From contig NC_018267.1 of NCBI RefSeq assembly GCF_000306885.1, positions 690,001-722,000 on the forward strand: DNA of 32,000 nucleotides. Reading direction: 5' to 3'. This DNA comes from Wolbachia endosymbiont of Onchocerca ochengi. Lineage in GTDB: Bacteria; Pseudomonadota; Alphaproteobacteria; Rickettsiales; Anaplasmataceae. Of this stretch, positions 28,457 through 32,000 are shown one piece after another (the stretch's first letter is position 1; every line of letters begins with the position of its first letter). The notes beneath the pieces were generated by a model. That model was not told where the DNA came from. It saw nothing but the letters and a program-made list of their open reading frames with translations, and did not search any database. Both the position numbers and the translations under genes were made by a program.

Positions 28457-29851
28457 TCATAATCCTTTAGTTACTAAATGAATTAACGAGTATAAATTTT
28501 CTATGTACATAAAAAGAACAATATTGATCAAGGAAGAAGCTGAAGTGATGATTAATAGACCCTTAGGATAAGTAATCTTACTGTTACTAGCTTTATCAAA
28601 ATACATAGCTTTTATAATATTTAGGTAATAGTAACATGATATAATACTTGCTACTACAAGGATCAAAGACAAACTGATAAAACCTGAGCTTATTAAACTT
28701 CTAAATATAGAAAGTTTAGCTAAAAAACCTGCAAGTGGTGGTATTCCCGCCATTGAAAGTAATAGTACAGAAAGATGAAAAGCCAAAATTGGGTGTTTTT
28801 TTCCAACACCAGCTAAATTAGCAACATTGCAATTGTCGTCGTCAATTTGTATAAAACACGAGAATAACCCTATACTTGTAATGATATATATCATTAAATA
28901 CATCAAGGAACTATCTATTCCTGTCCGTGTAAAGGTAGAAAGTGAAACAATCATGAAACCAACATGACCAATTGAACTGTAAGCAAGCAGCCTTTTTAGG
29001 TTTTTTTGGCGCAAAGCCCCGAAAGTGGAGATAAGCACAGATAATGTTGAAAAGCATAAGAGAATAGGTTGAACATAATTTTTTACATTTGCCAACTCTT
29101 CATTCATTAATCGAATTAAAAATGTTATAAGTGCAGCCTTTGGAGCGGTAGAAAAAAACATAGTTACTATAGTGGGTGCACCTTGATATACATCTGGAGC
29201 CCACATATGAAAAGGAACAATGGCAAGTTTGAAACACAAACCAATGAGAATAAAGACTAACCCAAAAACTATTCCGTAAGTTACCTGATGGTTTTGTACA
29301 AATAAACTTAACTGAAAAAAATCGATTTTTCCTGTATATCCATAAAGTAGTGACATGCCATATAGCATAATACAAGAAGATAGTGCACTAAGTGTAAAAT
29401 ATTTTGCTCCTGCTTCAGATGAATATGCTGAATTTTTATTAAAGCTTGTAAGAACATATAGAGATATACTCATCAGCTCAAAAGCTAAATAAAAAGAAAT
29501 TAAACTATTTGTTGAAACTAAAGTTATCATGCTGAATAGAGCAAAAAGAATCAGTACTGAAAACTCATATTTGTAGTTGTATTTTGATAAATCCAGTAGC
29601 AAAAGTACTAAAATTCCTATAATAAGGATTAACCCTTGGGCTGATCTAATATATAAATTAAGTTTTAATAACGAATTAAAGGAAAAAACTTCACTGTTTT
29701 CTATTGAAAGAATTAAAATTATTAAAGTTGCCACTGTACAACTAAGTGCTAGTAAGTTAATAATGCGGCGGCTAGACACAATTCCAAGTAGCAGCAACAC
29801 CAGTGAGGAGATAATAGAAAAAGTTTCTGGTAATACCTGTATGTAATTCAT
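28457..29851 (-). CDS. nuoN: NADH-quinone oxidoreductase subunit N
   Basis: 464 aa, polytopic and antiporter-like. It follows nuoM with a 4-nt overlap. Confidence 0.92.
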   Translation of the reverse strand: MNYIQVLPETFSIISSLVLLLLGIVSSRRIINLLALSCTVATLIILILSIENSEVFSFNSLLKLNLYIRSAQGLILIIGILVLLLLDLSKYNYKYEFSVLILFALFSMITLVSTNSLISFYLAFELMSISLYVLTSFNKNSAYSSEAGAKYFTLSALSSCIMLYGMSLLYGYTGKIDFFQLSLFVQNHQVTYGIVFGLVFILIGLCFKLAIVPFHMWAPDVYQGAPTIVTMFFSTAPKAALITFLIRLMNEELANVKNYVQPILLCFSTLSVLISTFGALRQKNLKRLLAYSSIGHVGFMIVSLSTFTRTGIDSSLMYLMIYIITSIGLFSCFIQIDDDNCNVANLAGVGKKHPILAFHLSVLLLSMAGIPPLAGFLAKLSIFRSLISSGFISLSLILVVASIISCYYYLNIIKAMYFDKASNSKITYPKGLLIITSASSLINIVLFMYIENLYSLIHLVTKGL

Positions 29852-31290
29852 GGAATATTATATTTGATTAATAAACTTGCCATACATGGCTTCAAATAAT
29901 TTAGTGCAAAAGTTGGGTAAAATCCGAGCAAAACAATAAATACTGCAAGTAAAATTAGAATAGAAAATTCTATGCTATCTAGACGGTTATTTAACAATTT
30001 GGAACAGCTACTTCCCCATATTATCCGTTTGCATAAATTCAACATATAAACTGCGCTTAAAATAGTGCTAAGTGCAATAAGTCCTGTAAAAACTTTATTT
30101 TTTTTAAACATTCCAATCATAACCAAAAACTCACCTATAAATCCAGACGTTCCAGGTAGTCCTATTGAAGCCATTGAAAATAAAATGAACATAAAGCCAA
30201 ATTTTGGCATTGTGTTTACTATGCCAAAATACTTTGCAATTTTTAGTGTTCCAGTTCTAGTATGTAGCATTCCTACGCATAAAAATAAAGCAGCAGAAAT
30301 AAGACCATGGCTAATCATCTGGAATATAGCACCAAGTATACCCTCTTCGCAAAATGAAAAGAGACCAGCAGTAACAATTCCCATATGCGCTATAGAAGAA
30401 TAAGCTATTAACTTTTTTATATCGTCTTGAGCAAACGCAACTAGTGAGGTATAGATTCCTGTAATAATGCTGAGTATAACAACGAAATTTGAAAAATATA
30501 AACTTGCCTGGGGAAGCATTGGAATAGAGAATCTTAAAAATCCGTATCCTCCCATTTTAATAAGCAAACCAGCTAAAACCACAGATCCAGAAGTTGGCGA
30601 TTGCACATGCGCGTCAGGAAGCCAAGTATGAAATGGGAACATTGGTACTTTTATTGCAAAAGAAATAAAAAATGCGATCCATAACAATGATTGCACTCTA
30701 AAATCAAGGCTTGGCATTAACGTGATCAGTTTCTGTATGTCGTACGTTTCAAAAACGCTATAAATATATACTAACCCAAGCAGAAACAATAATGAACCGG
30801 TAAGTGTATATAGGAACAATTTAAACGTTGCATATATTCTGTATTTCCCTCCCCAAATGCCAATAATAAAGAACATTGGTACTAAAACAGCCTCAAAGAA
30901 TACATAAAAACTTATAGCATTTAGTGAAATAAAAAAACCGATTATAAAACTTTCAAGCAGTAAAAACAATGCCATATATGGCTTTAGAGTTTTATAACTT
31001 ATTTTGCAATTGTAGAGTATACAGGTACCAAACAAGAAAGTTGTGAGTAGAAGGAAAAATAATGATATACCATCTACCCCTATTCCAACATTTCTAATCG
31101 GATAGCTAACAAACTGAAAACCAGCATTGGTATAATTGTATTTTATACAAGCCACAATGCTAAGCAAAAATGGAAGAGCAACAAAAAATAAGGCAAGGAA
31201 CCTTAGGTATATAGATTTATGACTAATCTTTATTAAAGATAAAATTAATGCTCCCATTAGTGGAAGTGAGAATATACTAAGTAATAACAC
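29848..31290 (-). CDS. nuoM: NADH-quinone oxidoreductase subunit M
   Basis: 480 aa, polytopic, with the conserved HTWLPDAH motif. Confidence 0.93.
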   Translation of the reverse strand: MLLLSIFSLPLMGALILSLIKISHKSIYLRFLALFFVALPFLLSIVACIKYNYTNAGFQFVSYPIRNVGIGVDGISLFFLLLTTFLFGTCILYNCKISYKTLKPYMALFLLLESFIIGFFISLNAISFYVFFEAVLVPMFFIIGIWGGKYRIYATFKLFLYTLTGSLLFLLGLVYIYSVFETYDIQKLITLMPSLDFRVQSLLWIAFFISFAIKVPMFPFHTWLPDAHVQSPTSGSVVLAGLLIKMGGYGFLRFSIPMLPQASLYFSNFVVILSIITGIYTSLVAFAQDDIKKLIAYSSIAHMGIVTAGLFSFCEEGILGAIFQMISHGLISAALFLCVGMLHTRTGTLKIAKYFGIVNTMPKFGFMFILFSMASIGLPGTSGFIGEFLVMIGMFKKNKVFTGLIALSTILSAVYMLNLCKRIIWGSSCSKLLNNRLDSIEFSILILLAVFIVLLGFYPTFALNYLKPCMASLLIKYNIP

Positions 31291-31293
31291 TTT

Positions 31294-32000
31294 CTATTTA
31301 ATTCCAATAATATATAAAGCACTGATTATTAAAGCAATGAACATAATGAATGCATAATCGAATATGTAGCCAGTTTGTAATTTTATAGAATTTTTCGAAC
31401 ATTCACTAACTAATTTTATAACACCGTTTGGTCCGAATGAATCAATGATCTTGACATCAAATTTGTATAGAAGTTCAGATATAAACCTCGTTGGTACAAC
31501 TATAAAAAGTTCGTATATCTCATCAAAGTACCATTTATTCTGCAGAAATTTAAGTAAAAATTCACTTTTAATTTGTTTAATCGTTTGATAATAATAAGTC
31601 AAGTACGCAAATGCTATCCCACTCAGGCTTATTAAAATTGGTAGTAGTTTTATAAAGAAATCATGAACTTCATGCTCATCAGCAACCACTAAGCTTGACC
31701 TCCAAAATACATTATTAGTTATGTTTAAAATATTTACTCCCCATATTCCAGAAAACGCCGATCCAAAAGTAAGTATTGATAACGGTATAAGCATAACTAC
31801 TGGTGCTTCATGTATGTCAATTTTACTTTGCTTTCGGCTATGAAATACCAGAAGTAATACTCTCCAAGAGTAAAGCGCTGTAAAGAATGCAACAACTAAA
31901 CTTATTATAAAAGCAAAGCTGTCTGTATCATAAGCATGCTTAATTATCAAATCCTTTGAATAAAAACCTGCAAATGGAAATATTCCAGAAAGCGCAAGAG
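31294..32000 (-). CDS. nuoL: NADH-quinone oxidoreductase subunit L, C-terminal part (5' end beyond the window)
   Basis: The frame stays open to the window edge (…ALSGIFPFAGFYSKDLIIKHAY…). The TTG at 31950 in the ORF track is an internal codon. Confidence 0.9.
   Translation of the reverse strand, partial: LALSGIFPFAGFYSKDLIIKHAYDTDSFAFIISLVVAFFTALYSWRVLLLVFHSRKQSKIDIHEAPVVMLIPLSILTFGSAFSGIWGVNILNITNNVFWRSSLVVADEHEVHDFFIKLLPILISLSGIAFAYLTYYYQTIKQIKSEFLLKFLQNKWYFDEIYELFIVVPTRFISELLYKFDVKIIDSFGPNGVIKLVSECSKNSIKLQTGYIFDYAFIMFIALIISALYIIGIK

Overview
The window reads as core chromosome of a reduced, AT-rich Rickettsiales/Anaplasmataceae endosymbiont. It is most likely a Wolbachia-like genome. That assignment is an inference from gene content, gene order and the repeat family; no search was run.

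I support 31 intact CDS. They include:
- rppH (partial), tatD, mdh and nuoCBA
- a HIT protein, murF and rpe
- truB-rpsO-pnp
- a NifS/IscS-like desulfurase, lolD, an IscA/ErpA-like protein and a dGTPase-like protein
- mnmG, pepP and rpmF-plsX-fabH
- nuoLMN-birA-ccmE

I also support one tRNA-Arg(TCT) and two small ORFs that are missing from the ORF track: a 57-aa lipoprotein and a ccmD-like gene.

I see no CRISPR array, IS element, prophage, toxin-antitoxin pair or recognisable defence system. I cannot honestly name a new multi-gene system here.

The observations most worth follow-up are:
1. A short palindromic element with core ATTCCAGCGC/GCGCTGGAAT is inserted in frame in murF and pepP. A decayed copy lies in a spacer.
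2. The 1.5 kb spacer between rpmF and ccmE is a decayed MlaE/MlaF-like ABC transporter. The ATPase relic keeps one reading frame but carries at least 9 stop codons.
3. An orphan two-TM protein gene is a self-contained unit with a near-consensus promoter, a strong SD and a strong terminator. It has a decayed, promoter-included paralogous copy 6 kb away.
4. There are lineage-specific orphan proteins at 4046-4963 and 23004-23375.
5. There are several long perfect palindromes and dyads in promoter regions.

Coding density is lowered by four long spacers (6646-7558, 12883-13537, 18200-19121, 25601-27159). This is consistent with ongoing gene decay.
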